Positions 49,597 to 58,851 of a DNA stretch of 64,000 nt are shown piece after piece. The stretch comes from a candidate division WOR-3 bacterium. GTDB lineage: Bacteria > Hydrothermota > Hydrothermia > LBFQ01. The notes under the pieces are model-generated. The model searched no databases. It saw nothing but the letters and a program-made list of their open reading frames with translations, and had not been told where the DNA came from. The stretch lies in contig JALUCS010000104.1 of the NCBI GenBank assembly GCA_027050205.1, positions 19,711-83,710 of the forward strand. The letters are read 5' to 3'. Numbering within the stretch: the stretch's first letter is position 1; every line of letters begins with the position of its first letter. The translations under genes were made by a program, and so were the position numbers.

Positions 49597-50967
49597 TCAC
49601 CCTTCGCCCTTCAGAATATCCCATATCCTATACACGTTCCCCGCCCCCTGAAGGAGGACGACGTCCCCCTCCCTAACTATGGCCTTTAGCCTCTCCGCCG
49701 CCTCCTCAAGGCTCCCGCTCATCTCCACGTCCTCGTAGCCCAAGCCTCTCATCCTGTCGTATATCAGGGCGGAGGATACGCCGGGGATCTCCTTCTCACC
49801 CGCCGGGTAGATGGGTAGTAGGATGACGTAGCTGGCCATCGTAAGGACCTCGGCGAAGCGCTTGTAGAGGTCGCGGGTGCGGGTGTACCTGTGGGGCTGG
49901 AAGACTACTATCACCCTCCCCAACCTCCGGGCCACCTTAAGGACGTTCTCAATCTCCGTCGGATGGTGGCCGTAGTCGTCTATAACCGTCGCCCCGTTGA
50001 AACTACCCTTAATCTCAAACCTCCTGCCCACCCCCTTGAAGGTCGCCAAACTCCGGGCCGCCTCTTCCAGGTCAAGGCCGAGTTCCCAGGCCACACCGAG
50101 GGCAGCGAGGGAGTTCCGGACGTTGAAGATGCCGGGGACGTTTAACCTCACCCGTACCCTCTGGCCATCGCCTACCGAGAGGTCGTACTCGCTTCCAAGG
50201 CCCTCCTCCCTGACGTTCGTCGCCCGGAAGAAGTTCCCTTCACCGAGGCCGTAGGTGAATACCCTCCTTTCCACGAACGGGAGGATGTGGCGGGTGTTCT
50301 CGTCGTCCCCACAGGCGAGAACGGCGCCGTAGAAGGGTACCCGGTTGGCGAAGTCTATGAAGGCCATCTTGAGGTTAGCCATACTACCGTAGGTGTCTAT
50401 ATGCTCCCGGTCTATGTTGGTTATGACGGCAATGGTCGGGAGGAGCTTCAGGAAGGACCTGTCCGACTCGTCCGCCTCGGCCACAAGGTAATCCCCGCTT
50501 CCGTACATCCCCCCCGTACTCACCTCCCGCAGTATCCCTCCCACTATGACGGTGGGGTTGGTGTTGAGGGCCTTGAGGACGTGGCCCACCATAGAGGTGG
50601 TCGTACTCTTACCATGGGCGCCCGATACGGCTATTGAGAACTTCACCCTCATCAACTCCGCCAGCATCTCCGCCCTCTGAACTATAGGAATACCTAAGTC
50701 GCGGGCGGCTTGAATCTCCGGATTGTCTGGCGGTATGGCGGAGGAGTACACCACCAGGTCCGCCCCCTTTACGTTCTCGTACCTGTGGCCGTAGAAGACC
50801 TTTACGCCGAGTTTCTCAAGCCTTACCGTAGTCTCCTTACGGCTTATGTCCGAACCCTGGACGGAGAAACCGAGGCGATGGAGGATCTCGGCGATTCCGC
50901 TCATACCGGACCCCCCTATCCCCACCATATGGATGCGGTTGAAACGGGTACGGGGAAGCAGGAGCAT
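49597..50967 (-). CDS. murC: UDP-N-acetylmuramate--L-alanine ligase
   Basis: GIGGSGMSG, GAHGKSTTT, EADESD, DDYGHHPTE, FQPHRYTRT. Confidence 0.97.
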   Translation of the reverse strand: MLLLPRTRFNRIHMVGIGGSGMSGIAEILHRLGFSVQGSDISRKETTVRLEKLGVKVFYGHRYENVKGADLVVYSSAIPPDNPEIQAARDLGIPIVQRAEMLAELMRVKFSIAVSGAHGKSTTTSMVGHVLKALNTNPTVIVGGILREVSTGGMYGSGDYLVAEADESDRSFLKLLPTIAVITNIDREHIDTYGSMANLKMAFIDFANRVPFYGAVLACGDDENTRHILPFVERRVFTYGLGEGNFFRATNVREEGLGSEYDLSVGDGQRVRVRLNVPGIFNVRNSLAALGVAWELGLDLEEAARSLATFKGVGRRFEIKGSFNGATVIDDYGHHPTEIENVLKVARRLGRVIVVFQPHRYTRTRDLYKRFAEVLTMASYVILLPIYPAGEKEIPGVSSALIYDRMRGLGYEDVEMSGSLEEAAERLKAIVREGDVVLLQGAGNVYRIWDILKGEG

Positions 50968-51039
50968 TTCGGACGACGATTATACAGGCGGCGAATCCCA
51001 AAGGAAATTAGACTAACCCATTCTAAGGCTGGTCCTCAA

Positions 51040-51420
51040 CTATACCCTTGGCCCATTCATAACCCTGACGGCTATCTCATAGGCATCCTCGTACTCTTCC
51101 AAAGATACGGGAACGTAGTCGTCCGGATACCGGGTCGTGAAGGCGTAGTGGGTTAGGAATCTGGCACCCTTTATGAAGTCGGGGACGCTGATGTTTCCCT
51201 GCTCAAGCAAACCTATCAGCTTCGCTATACTGTGCGTACGGAACTCCCTGCTTGGCACCCTCAAATCGTAAAAGACCAGAACGGCCTTAAGGCTCTTTTC
51301 AACCGCCTGCTGGAGATGATACGCTGCACCGTCATAATCCTCATTCTCTCCCAGAATACTTGAGATTCTCAAATCCCTCCCGGCGAAGTCAAGCCACTCT
51401 TTTGCCCACTCTCTTCTCAT
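51040..51420 (-). CDS. HEPN protein, unit 3, with a 1-nt deletion near its 3' end (ancestral stop at 51023-51025)
   Basis: LQQAVEKSLKA, RTH, TRYPD; restoring one base near 51062 gives RVYEWAKGIVEDQP as in its paralogs. Confidence 0.85.
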   Translation of the reverse strand: MRREWAKEWLDFAGRDLRISSILGENEDYDGAAYHLQQAVEKSLKAVLVFYDLRVPSREFRTHSIAKLIGLLEQGNISVPDFIKGARFLTHYAFTTRYPDDYVPVSLEEYEDAYEIAVRVMNGPRV

Positions 51421-51763
51421 AGAGCGTTATCCCCTCCCTGTGGATGTCGTAATACACGAGGTCCCACCTTTCCCTTAGTTCCTCAAACCTCCTCGGACTC
51501 TGGACGATTACGTCAATTTCGGCAAGGCTGTACAGTCTGGCCTTCAAAAGGGCGGCGGATATCCTTCCCCATAACTTCCTTCTATCCTCCGGCCTGACAC
51601 CCTCCTTGAGGACGAGGATGTCGTAATCGCTGTCCTCTCTGTAGTCTCCCCTTGCTCTTGAACCGAAGAGTATTATCCTGCCGGGGTCTATCTCTTTAAC
51701 TATCACCTCAACTATCCGGCGGAGGACCGGGTCCTTCTCAAGTAAATCTCTACCTTCCCGCAC
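51389..51763 (-). CDS. Minimal nucleotidyltransferase (MNT), unit 3
   Basis: LFGSRARGDYREDSDYD (GSx10DxD); GTG 7 nt after TAGAAT 51771-51776. Confidence 0.9.
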   Translation of the reverse strand: MREGRDLLEKDPVLRRIVEVIVKEIDPGRIILFGSRARGDYREDSDYDILVLKEGVRPEDRRKLWGRISAALLKARLYSLAEIDVIVQSPRRFEELRERWDLVYYDIHREGITLYEKRVGKRVA

Positions 51764-51773
51764 CGCCCGTATT

Positions 51774-52157
51774 CTAAGGTTGCTCTTCAACTATTCCCTT
51801 CGCCCACTCATAGACCCTGATGGCTACCTCATAGGCCTCTTCGTACTCTTCCAAAGATACGGGAACGTAGTCATCTGGATAACGGGTCGTGAAGGCGTAC
51901 TCCGTTAGATTCACAGCATCCCAAATGTCCCTTGGGATAGCGTAGAAAGTACTTAGGAGGTTCATAAGCCTCTCTATGTCGTGTGTCCGCGGGATTTCCG
52001 ACCCCTGAAGTATCAAAAGGGCCTTCAAAGATTTCTCCGCAGCCTGTTGCAGATGGTACGCAGCCGTCCTTATCAGACCCTTCTTTACGAGCGTCCGTGA
52101 GGCTTCCAGATCTTCCTCGGCGAACTCAAGCCATAGCTTTGCGTAGTACTTTTTCAT
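51774..52157 (-). CDS. HEPN protein, unit 2
   Basis: LQQAAEKSLKA, RTHDI, TRYPD. Confidence 0.9.
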   Translation of the reverse strand: MKKYYAKLWLEFAEEDLEASRTLVKKGLIRTAAYHLQQAAEKSLKALLILQGSEIPRTHDIERLMNLLSTFYAIPRDIWDAVNLTEYAFTTRYPDDYVPVSLEEYEEAYEVAIRVYEWAKGIVEEQP

Positions 52158-52500
52158 AGACTACAATTCCCTCCCTTGATATGGCGTAATACACCAGATA
52201 TCTCTCATTTTTCAGACGGTTAAACCGACCCACATCCTGCACTATCACATCCACAGCGGCTAAACTGTAAATATCCTCCCTCCAGAGCGCCCTCATTATC
52301 CTCCTCTGCAACGGTCTCCTATCCTCCGGCCTAATACCCTCCTTGAGGACGAGGATGTCGTAATCGCTGTCCTCTCTGTAGTCTCCCCTTGCCCTTGAGC
52401 CGAAGAGTATTATCCTGTCGGGATCTATCTCCCTGACGATGACTTCAACTATACGGCGGAGGACCGGGTCCTTCTCAAGTAAATCTCTACCTTCCCGCAC
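52126..52500 (-). CDS. Minimal nucleotidyltransferase (MNT), unit 2
   Basis: GSx10DxD motif; GTG 7 nt after TAGAAT 52508-52513. Confidence 0.9.
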   Translation of the reverse strand: MREGRDLLEKDPVLRRIVEVIVREIDPDRIILFGSRARGDYREDSDYDILVLKEGIRPEDRRPLQRRIMRALWREDIYSLAAVDVIVQDVGRFNRLKNERYLVYYAISREGIVVYEKVLRKAMA

Positions 52501-52510
52501 CGCCCGTATT

Positions 52511-52906
52511 CTAAGGCTGGCCTTCAACCATACCCTTGGCCCACTCATACACCCTGATGGCTATCTCATAGGCCTCTTCGTACTCTTCCTCGCTCACCGG
52601 CCTGTAATCGTCGGGATAGCGCACCTCAAAGGCGTATCGGGTCAAATCAACGGCCCTGGAGATGCTACCCGGAATTTGTACGCCGTTCCTCTCCAGTATC
52701 CTCAAAAGTAGCCTTATGTTATGCGTCTTTATCTCCTTCCCACTGATAGTCGGTATTTTCTTTAATATTACAGCCTTTATCGCTTTTTCGGCTGACTGTT
52801 GAAGCAAGTAGGCTGCATAATCGTAATCCCTCATACCCGCCATTACTACAGCCCTTCTCAAGTCTCCCCGCGAAAACTCAAGCCACTTTAACGGACCTCT
52901 TTTCAT
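52511..52906 (-). CDS. HEPN protein, unit 1
   Basis: LQQSAEKAIKA, KTHNI, VRYPD. Confidence 0.9.
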   Translation of the reverse strand: MKRGPLKWLEFSRGDLRRAVVMAGMRDYDYAAYLLQQSAEKAIKAVILKKIPTISGKEIKTHNIRLLLRILERNGVQIPGSISRAVDLTRYAFEVRYPDDYRPVSEEEYEEAYEIAIRVYEWAKGMVEGQP

Positions 52907-53243
52907 AGATTACCCTTCCCTCCCTGTGTATATCGCCGTAAATGTACGCCCGATCCCCCTTGAGAAGGTGGAACCTCAGAGGACTTTGAATCACTACATC
53001 CACTTCCACGTCTATCCTCTCTCTATAGAACGCCCTTTCCACTATAGCCTCCATCTTTCTCCTATCTTCCGGTCTAATACCTTCCTTAAGCACGAGAATA
53101 TCGTAATCGCTGTCCTCTCTGTGGTCTCCTCTTGCCCTTGAGCCAAAGAGGATGATCTTGTCGGGGTCTATTTCCCTAACTATCACCTCAACTACCCGGC
53201 GGAGGACCGGGTCCCTCTCAAGCAAGTCTCTACCTTCCCGCAC
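52878..53243 (-). CDS. Minimal nucleotidyltransferase (MNT), unit 1
   Basis: GSx10DxD motif; GTG 7 nt after TAGAAT 53251-53256. Confidence 0.9.
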   Translation of the reverse strand: MREGRDLLERDPVLRRVVEVIVREIDPDKIILFGSRARGDHREDSDYDILVLKEGIRPEDRRKMEAIVERAFYRERIDVEVDVVIQSPLRFHLLKGDRAYIYGDIHREGRVIYEKRSVKVA

Positions 53244-53325
53244 CGCCCGTATTCTAAGGGCGGTCTCCGGTTGCCCTTTTAGCCCACCCTCCGTACGGCT
53301 AAGTTTTCAACGGTAGAATAGAGGC

Positions 53326-54063
53326 GTGTCCTTGAGGAGCATAACGAGGTTGGCTGACATCGTTGAGGTCCTACGGAAGGAGTGTCCCTGGGACAGGGAG
53401 CAGACCCTTTTCTCCATGCGGTACCAGGCCCTTGAGGAGGTCTATGAGTTCATAGAGGCCCTTGAGAGGGGGGACAGGGAGAAGATGGTTGAGGAGATAG
53501 GGGACATCCTGACGGTTGCCCTGATGCTCCTCAAGATAGCCGAAGATGAAGGGGTGGGGTCTGCCAAGGAGATCGTGGAGAGGACGGTCTCTAAGTTGGT
53601 CTATAAGCATCCCCACATATTCGGGGACAGAAAGGGGTGGGGGATGAAGGAAGTACTGGAGAACTGGGAAAACACCAAGAAGGACGGAATACTCTCCGGC
53701 GTTGATACCCGTAGGCCGGCCTTAGTCACCGCCCACAGGATAGGGGAGAAGGTAGCGCGGGTGGGCTTCGACTGGGATAGGAAGGAGGACGTCCTGGAGA
53801 AGGTGAAGGAGGAGTGCCGGGAGTTCTTAGAGGCTCCCGACGAAGAGAGGAGGAGGGAGGAGCTGGGGGACCTGCTCTTTGCCCTTGCCCAGTACGCGAG
53901 GAAGGCCGGCTACTACGCCGAGGACGCCCTAAGGGAGGCTAATACCAAGTTCAAGGAGAGGTTCCGCAGGCTTGAGGAGGAGGCCAAGAGGGAGGGCCGC
54001 AGACTAAAGGACATGTCCCTTGAGGAGATGGACGAGATATGGGAAAGGATAAAGGAGTCTTAG
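53326..54063 (+). CDS. mazG: Nucleoside triphosphate pyrophosphohydrolase MazG
   Basis: CPWDREQT, EEVYE, EEIGD, HPHIFG, GFDW, EELGDLLF; TAGAAT 53314-53319. Confidence 0.93.
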   Translation: MSLRSITRLADIVEVLRKECPWDREQTLFSMRYQALEEVYEFIEALERGDREKMVEEIGDILTVALMLLKIAEDEGVGSAKEIVERTVSKLVYKHPHIFGDRKGWGMKEVLENWENTKKDGILSGVDTRRPALVTAHRIGEKVARVGFDWDRKEDVLEKVKEECREFLEAPDEERRREELGDLLFALAQYARKAGYYAEDALREANTKFKERFRRLEEEAKREGRRLKDMSLEEMDEIWERIKES

Positions 54064-54377
54064 TCGTCCTCTGCACCGCACCGTTGGACTCCGCCGAGGA
54101 GATAGGGAGGAGGTTGGTTGAGGAGAGGCTGGCGGCTTGCGTAAACGTCGTTCCGAGCCTGACCTCCATCTACTGGTGGGAGGGGAAGGTACAGAGGGAC
54201 GCCGAGTCCCTCCTCGTAATAAAGACCACACCGGAGGCCTACCCCCGCCTGGAGAGGAGGATAAAGGAGCTGCACCCCTACACCGTCCCGGAGATCCTTG
54301 GCCTACCCGTCAAAGAGGGCAACGAAGACTATGTGCGCTGGGTCAGAGAGGAGGTATCAGGCGGAGGGCAAACATAG
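54039..54377 (+). CDS. cutA: Divalent cation tolerance protein CutA
   Basis: LAACVN, SIYWWEG, HPYTVPEI. Confidence 0.95.
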   Translation: MGKDKGVLVVLCTAPLDSAEEIGRRLVEERLAACVNVVPSLTSIYWWEGKVQRDAESLLVIKTTPEAYPRLERRIKELHPYTVPEILGLPVKEGNEDYVRWVREEVSGGGQT

Positions 54378-55430
54378 GACGACGGTCGTCCTGTAGTACG
54401 GTTCGCTCTCCTTTATGAACACCCTTCCCCCGTGGATGTGCGCTATCTTCTTTACCAACGTCAGGCCTACCCCCCAACCCCTCTGCTTGGTGGAGAAGGA
54501 CTCCTTGAAGGCCTTCCTCTTTCCCTCCCTATCAAACCCCTTACCGTTGTCCTCAACGTAGAGGCAGGTCTCTCTACCCCTCCTCTCCACCCCCACCTTC
54601 ACCCTCGTAGCTCCGGCCTCAACGGAGTTCTTTATGAAGTTCTCAACCGCCCAGCCGATCAGCTCGGCGTCCCCTTTAACCCTTACGCCGGCACCCACCT
54701 CCGTCAGCAACTCCACGTTCCTGTACTTACGCCTCATCTCCCTCACCACGTCCTCCACCACCTCACTTAGGTCCACCTCCACCATCTCCGGCTGGCCACC
54801 GAGTTTGGAGAAGCGGCGGAGTATGGAGGTCAGTCTCCTTAGGTCCCTCTCCATCCCCCCCTTCACCTCCGGCGGTAGCCTGTCCTTTATGACCTCGTAC
54901 CAACCATGGAGAGAGGATATGGGGGTGGCCAACTGGTGGGCGAGTCCCTTGGCGAACCCCGCCCAGAACTCCGAGTACTCGTACCTCTCGGCCATATAGG
55001 CGGCGTAGAAGAAGAGGAGGGAGATGGTTAGGATGCCCAGAAACAGAAAGACGTTCATCCACCTCAACCATCGGGTATATCGGGGGTAGTCGTACCGCAG
55101 TTCCCCTACCTTCTTGCCGTAATAGGTTATGTCCTCCTTGAAGGGGAGGCTCCCGATGTCCTCCTCCTTCAGGTTCTTGACCACCCTAACCTTGCCGGAG
55201 TTATCCACGATGGCGACGGGGAAGTCTATGTCCTGGGTGACCTTCCGGAGGTTGTTGTATATCTCGTCGTTGGATAGGGAGGAGATGAGGAGGGTTGAGA
55301 CGAGGATAGAGAGGGCGCGGGAGCTACTCTTGGCGTTGTACTCCAACTTATTCACCACCCAGAAGGAGAGGGCCATGCCGGATAGGGTCAGCGCCCAGAG
55401 GAGGAAGAAGAAAACGAACCGCAGTTTCAA
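54357..55430 (-). CDS. Membrane sensor histidine kinase
   Basis: Two TM segments; LAHQLATP H-box; ENFIKNS, DNGKG, FSTK, GWGVGL. Confidence 0.92.
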   Translation of the reverse strand: MKLRFVFFFLLWALTLSGMALSFWVVNKLEYNAKSSSRALSILVSTLLISSLSNDEIYNNLRKVTQDIDFPVAIVDNSGKVRVVKNLKEEDIGSLPFKEDITYYGKKVGELRYDYPRYTRWLRWMNVFLFLGILTISLLFFYAAYMAERYEYSEFWAGFAKGLAHQLATPISSLHGWYEVIKDRLPPEVKGGMERDLRRLTSILRRFSKLGGQPEMVEVDLSEVVEDVVREMRRKYRNVELLTEVGAGVRVKGDAELIGWAVENFIKNSVEAGATRVKVGVERRGRETCLYVEDNGKGFDREGKRKAFKESFSTKQRGWGVGLTLVKKIAHIHGGRVFIKESEPYYRTTVVLCLPSA

Positions 55431-57019
55431 AGCAAACCCTCCAGTACGTCCCCCAGATCCCTGTTGGCCTTGAGGCGGAGCAGAGGCCTGACGAAGTAGT
55501 GGAGTTTTTCCTTCAACTCCTCCGGAGTAGAGGCGAAGAGGTACGCGTGGCCCAGGGAACCCTTAAGGACCTCGTTCAACCTCCGGAAAACCTCAACCGC
55601 CCAGTCTATGTCCCTCTCTTCCCACCCTTCACCCTTCAGGTAATCCCGAAGCTCCCCCTCGTCCGGCTCAAAGAAGACGACCGGGAACCGCCTTAGGATG
55701 GCCTGATCCATCTGTAGGGTGCTGACGTCCCTCTCGTTGAGGGTGCCAATGAAGAAGAGGTTTTCGGGTACGGCGAGAGGCTCACCGGAGTAGGGGCGAA
55801 TGGCGGGCCTCCCCCTGTACTCAAGGGCGTAGAGGAGGTCCCCGAGGATGGCTGGGAGGTTCCCCCTGTTCATCTCGTCAAGGATTATCAGGAACCTGTC
55901 CTCCGGCCTCTCCTTCGCCTTCCGGACCATCTTCAGGAAAGGCCCCTCCACCACCTCAAACGCCACCCCACCCTGGCCCTTAACCGGCCTCAAGCCCTCA
56001 ACGAACTCCTCGTACCGCAGGGATGGGGAGGCCTGCACGAGGATCCAGTCCCTTCCCTCCTTTCCGGCGACGTACTCCGCCACTCTCCTCGCTACGTAGG
56101 TCTTACCCGTTCCGGGAGGGCCTATCAGGAGGACCTGTCTGTAGCGGTAGAGGACCTCAATAACCTCCTGCTCCTTGGCGGACAGCTCCCTGTGGATGGC
56201 CACCCTCGGCGGTGAGTTTAGGGACTCAAGGTTGGAGAGGACGGATTTAAGGTCGGAGGAGTAGCCGAGGAAGACGTACTCCCCGGCGAGGTCGGGGACG
56301 GTGCCGGAGACGAAGGGGGCGTTGGCCATATCGGGGGAGGTCCGGAAGGTTTGGAGCCTGCCAGCGTAATCCTCCTTGATGGCAAAGATACCGTAGTCCT
56401 CCCTCCCCACCTCACGGGCGCACAGGAACCGCCCTCTATCCGTCCCAAGGACCTGCCACTCCCCCTCAACCCTCATATAGGAGTGGGCGCCGAGGGCCTC
56501 GGCCATAGCGTTCAGGGCCTTCTCCCTCGCCGGGAAGAGGGAGACGTACCTACCCCTTAGGGAGGAGAGTACCTTGAAGAGCGGTAGGGGACTGCTTCCC
56601 CTGTGGATGACCTCAAGGCGGGCGTACTGGGCGGGGTGGAGGGCTGGGTACCTTATCCGGGACAGGAGGTCCTCCAGGTCCTTAACTACCCCCTCATCCC
56701 TGAAACGGAAGATGTGGCTGCCCCCGAAGAGCGGGGCAAACAGGTCCCTCAAGGCCTCCTCCTCCATCTCCCTCAAGAGGGGTTTGTAGGGGACGGCCCT
56801 ACCGTCGGGAGAGTAGAAGCGGAGGAGCCAGACGCTTTCGCCGCCAACCTTGAGGTAGAGTACGTGAGGGAGTACTCCGGGGAAGACCTTACTCGTTATC
56901 AGAACGCCGTTGGGGCCACCCTTTACGTCAAAGAGGCCAACGGAGACGCGGTCGCCGTCGTACACCGCCCCTTCGCCCGTTATATCCTCAAGGAAGGATA
57001 CGACCGCCCTTATATCCAC
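55427..57019 (-). CDS. McrB-family AAA+ GTPase with unknown N-terminal domain
   Basis: GPPGTGKT, YEEFVEG, ILDEMNRGN, GTLNERD (NxxD), LRRF, LGH. Confidence 0.85.
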   Translation of the reverse strand: MDIRAVVSFLEDITGEGAVYDGDRVSVGLFDVKGGPNGVLITSKVFPGVLPHVLYLKVGGESVWLLRFYSPDGRAVPYKPLLREMEEEALRDLFAPLFGGSHIFRFRDEGVVKDLEDLLSRIRYPALHPAQYARLEVIHRGSSPLPLFKVLSSLRGRYVSLFPAREKALNAMAEALGAHSYMRVEGEWQVLGTDRGRFLCAREVGREDYGIFAIKEDYAGRLQTFRTSPDMANAPFVSGTVPDLAGEYVFLGYSSDLKSVLSNLESLNSPPRVAIHRELSAKEQEVIEVLYRYRQVLLIGPPGTGKTYVARRVAEYVAGKEGRDWILVQASPSLRYEEFVEGLRPVKGQGGVAFEVVEGPFLKMVRKAKERPEDRFLIILDEMNRGNLPAILGDLLYALEYRGRPAIRPYSGEPLAVPENLFFIGTLNERDVSTLQMDQAILRRFPVVFFEPDEGELRDYLKGEGWEERDIDWAVEVFRRLNEVLKGSLGHAYLFASTPEELKEKLHYFVRPLLRLKANRDLGDVLEGLL

Positions 57020-58851
57020 TACCTGACCGTGACGGACTTGGCGAGGTTGCGGGGCTTATCGGGGTCTACCCCCCGCAGTACAGCGGCGTAGTACGCGAGG
57101 AGCTGCAGGGGTACTATGGTGATTATGGGGGTGAGGAACTCCGGGACGTCGGGGACGAAGACGGTGAACTCGCTCATTTCCGCCATACGCCTGTCCCCTT
57201 CGGTCACTACGCTTATCACCCTGCCCCCTCTCGCCACTACCTCGTGGGTGGAGCTGACGGTCAGCTCGTATACGGAGGAGCGAGGGTTTATAACGACGAC
57301 GGGGAGGTTGTGGTCTACGAGGGCGAGGGGGCCGTGCTTCATCTCACCGGCGGCGTAGCCTATGGCGTGGATGTAGCTAACTTCCTTGAGCTTCAACGCC
57401 CCCTCAAGGGCGGTGGGGTAGTTTATACCCCTGCCGAGGAACATAACGTTGGTCGCCCTGAATATCCTCTCGGCTATATGCTCAATGTGGGAGTCCAAGG
57501 CCAGTACCCTCTCCACCTTCTCCGGCAGGGCCTCCATGTGCCTCATCATCCCCTCCAACTCCTCCTCCGTCAAGTACCCCTTAACGTTGGCAAGCTCCAA
57601 AGCCAGAAGGGTTAGGACCTGCACCTGGGCGACGTAGGCCTTGGTTGAGGCCACCCCCACCTCTATGCCAGCGTTGGTGTAGATGACGTAGTCGCTCTCG
57701 CGGGCTATGGTACTCTCCGGCCTATTCACTATGGCCAATACCTCAAGGCCGTACTTCCGGGCGTGCCTTAGGCCGTCTATCGTGTCGGCCGTCTCCCCCG
57801 ACTGACTTATGGCCACAACGAGGGTCCGGGAGTCGGTCACTAGCCTCCTGTGGGAGAACTCCGACGAGTACTCCACCTCAACGGGTATCCCGGCGTAGGT
57901 CTCAAGGAGGTACTTACCCACCAGGCCGGCGTGGTAGGAGGTACCCGCCGCCTCTATTATTATCCGATTCTTGTTTAGAAGGAGCTTGCGGAGGTTCAGG
58001 TCCCTAAGGAGGACGGGCCTCAACGCCCTGACGTACCTCTCAAGGTTGGTGGATAGGACCTTAGGCTGCTCGTATATCTCCTTCAGCATAAAGTGGGGGT
58101 AGGGTCCCTTCTCGGCGTCCTCCTCGTCGTACTCCAAGACCTTCACCTCCTTCTCTATTGGGTTCCCGGAGAAGTCGTAGAACTCCACCGAGTTGCGTCT
58201 CACCAAGGCGATCTCCCCGTCGTTTAGGTACACCACCCTCTTGGTGTGGGGTAGGACGGCCACGGGGTCGGAGGCGAGGATGTTCTCCCCCTCACCGAGG
58301 CCCACGACCAGGGGACTGTCCTTCCTGACCCCTATTATGAGGTCGGGGTCGTCTCTGAAGAGTATGGCGAGGGCGAAGGAGCCTTTCAGCTCCCCCACCG
58401 TACGGATCAGGGCCTTCAGCAGGTCCCCCTCCTTCAGGTAGTGATACTCCAAGAGGTTGGCTATCACCTCCGTGTCAGTCTCCGACTGGAAGGTGTACCC
58501 TTCCCTCTCCAACCTTTCCTTGAGGGTGGCGTAGTTGTCTATTATGCCGTTATGCACTACGGCGAATATACCCCTCTGGGATAGGTGAGGGTGAGCGTTC
58601 GTGTCGCATACCCCACCGTGGGTGGCCCATCGGGTGTGGGCTATACCTATGTCGGACTTCGGAAGGGGATGCCCCTCAAGGTCGCTGATGAGGTCGTGTA
58701 TCTTCCCGGCCTTCTTCCTTGCCACTATCCCCCCTCTCGTAAGGAGGGCTATGCCCGCCGAATCGTACCCCCTGTACTCCAACTTCTGCAACCCCACCGT
58801 TAGGACGGACTCCGCATCCTTACGCCCTACGTATCCGACTATTCCACACAC
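57019..58851 (-). CDS. glmS: Glutamine--fructose-6-phosphate aminotransferase
   Basis: MCGIVG, EYRGYDSAG, HTRWATHG, SQSGETADT, PRNLAKSVT. Confidence 0.98.
   Translation of the reverse strand: MCGIVGYVGRKDAESVLTVGLQKLEYRGYDSAGIALLTRGGIVARKKAGKIHDLISDLEGHPLPKSDIGIAHTRWATHGGVCDTNAHPHLSQRGIFAVVHNGIIDNYATLKERLEREGYTFQSETDTEVIANLLEYHYLKEGDLLKALIRTVGELKGSFALAILFRDDPDLIIGVRKDSPLVVGLGEGENILASDPVAVLPHTKRVVYLNDGEIALVRRNSVEFYDFSGNPIEKEVKVLEYDEEDAEKGPYPHFMLKEIYEQPKVLSTNLERYVRALRPVLLRDLNLRKLLLNKNRIIIEAAGTSYHAGLVGKYLLETYAGIPVEVEYSSEFSHRRLVTDSRTLVVAISQSGETADTIDGLRHARKYGLEVLAIVNRPESTIARESDYVIYTNAGIEVGVASTKAYVAQVQVLTLLALELANVKGYLTEEELEGMMRHMEALPEKVERVLALDSHIEHIAERIFRATNVMFLGRGINYPTALEGALKLKEVSYIHAIGYAAGEMKHGPLALVDHNLPVVVINPRSSVYELTVSSTHEVVARGGRVISVVTEGDRRMAEMSEFTVFVPDVPEFLTPIITIVPLQLLAYYAAVLRGVDPDKPRNLAKSVTVR

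Noticed and set aside
43959..53243. Uma2 and MNT-HEPN arrays as integron cassettes
   Set aside because: No integrase, and genes overlap leaving no room for attC hairpins.
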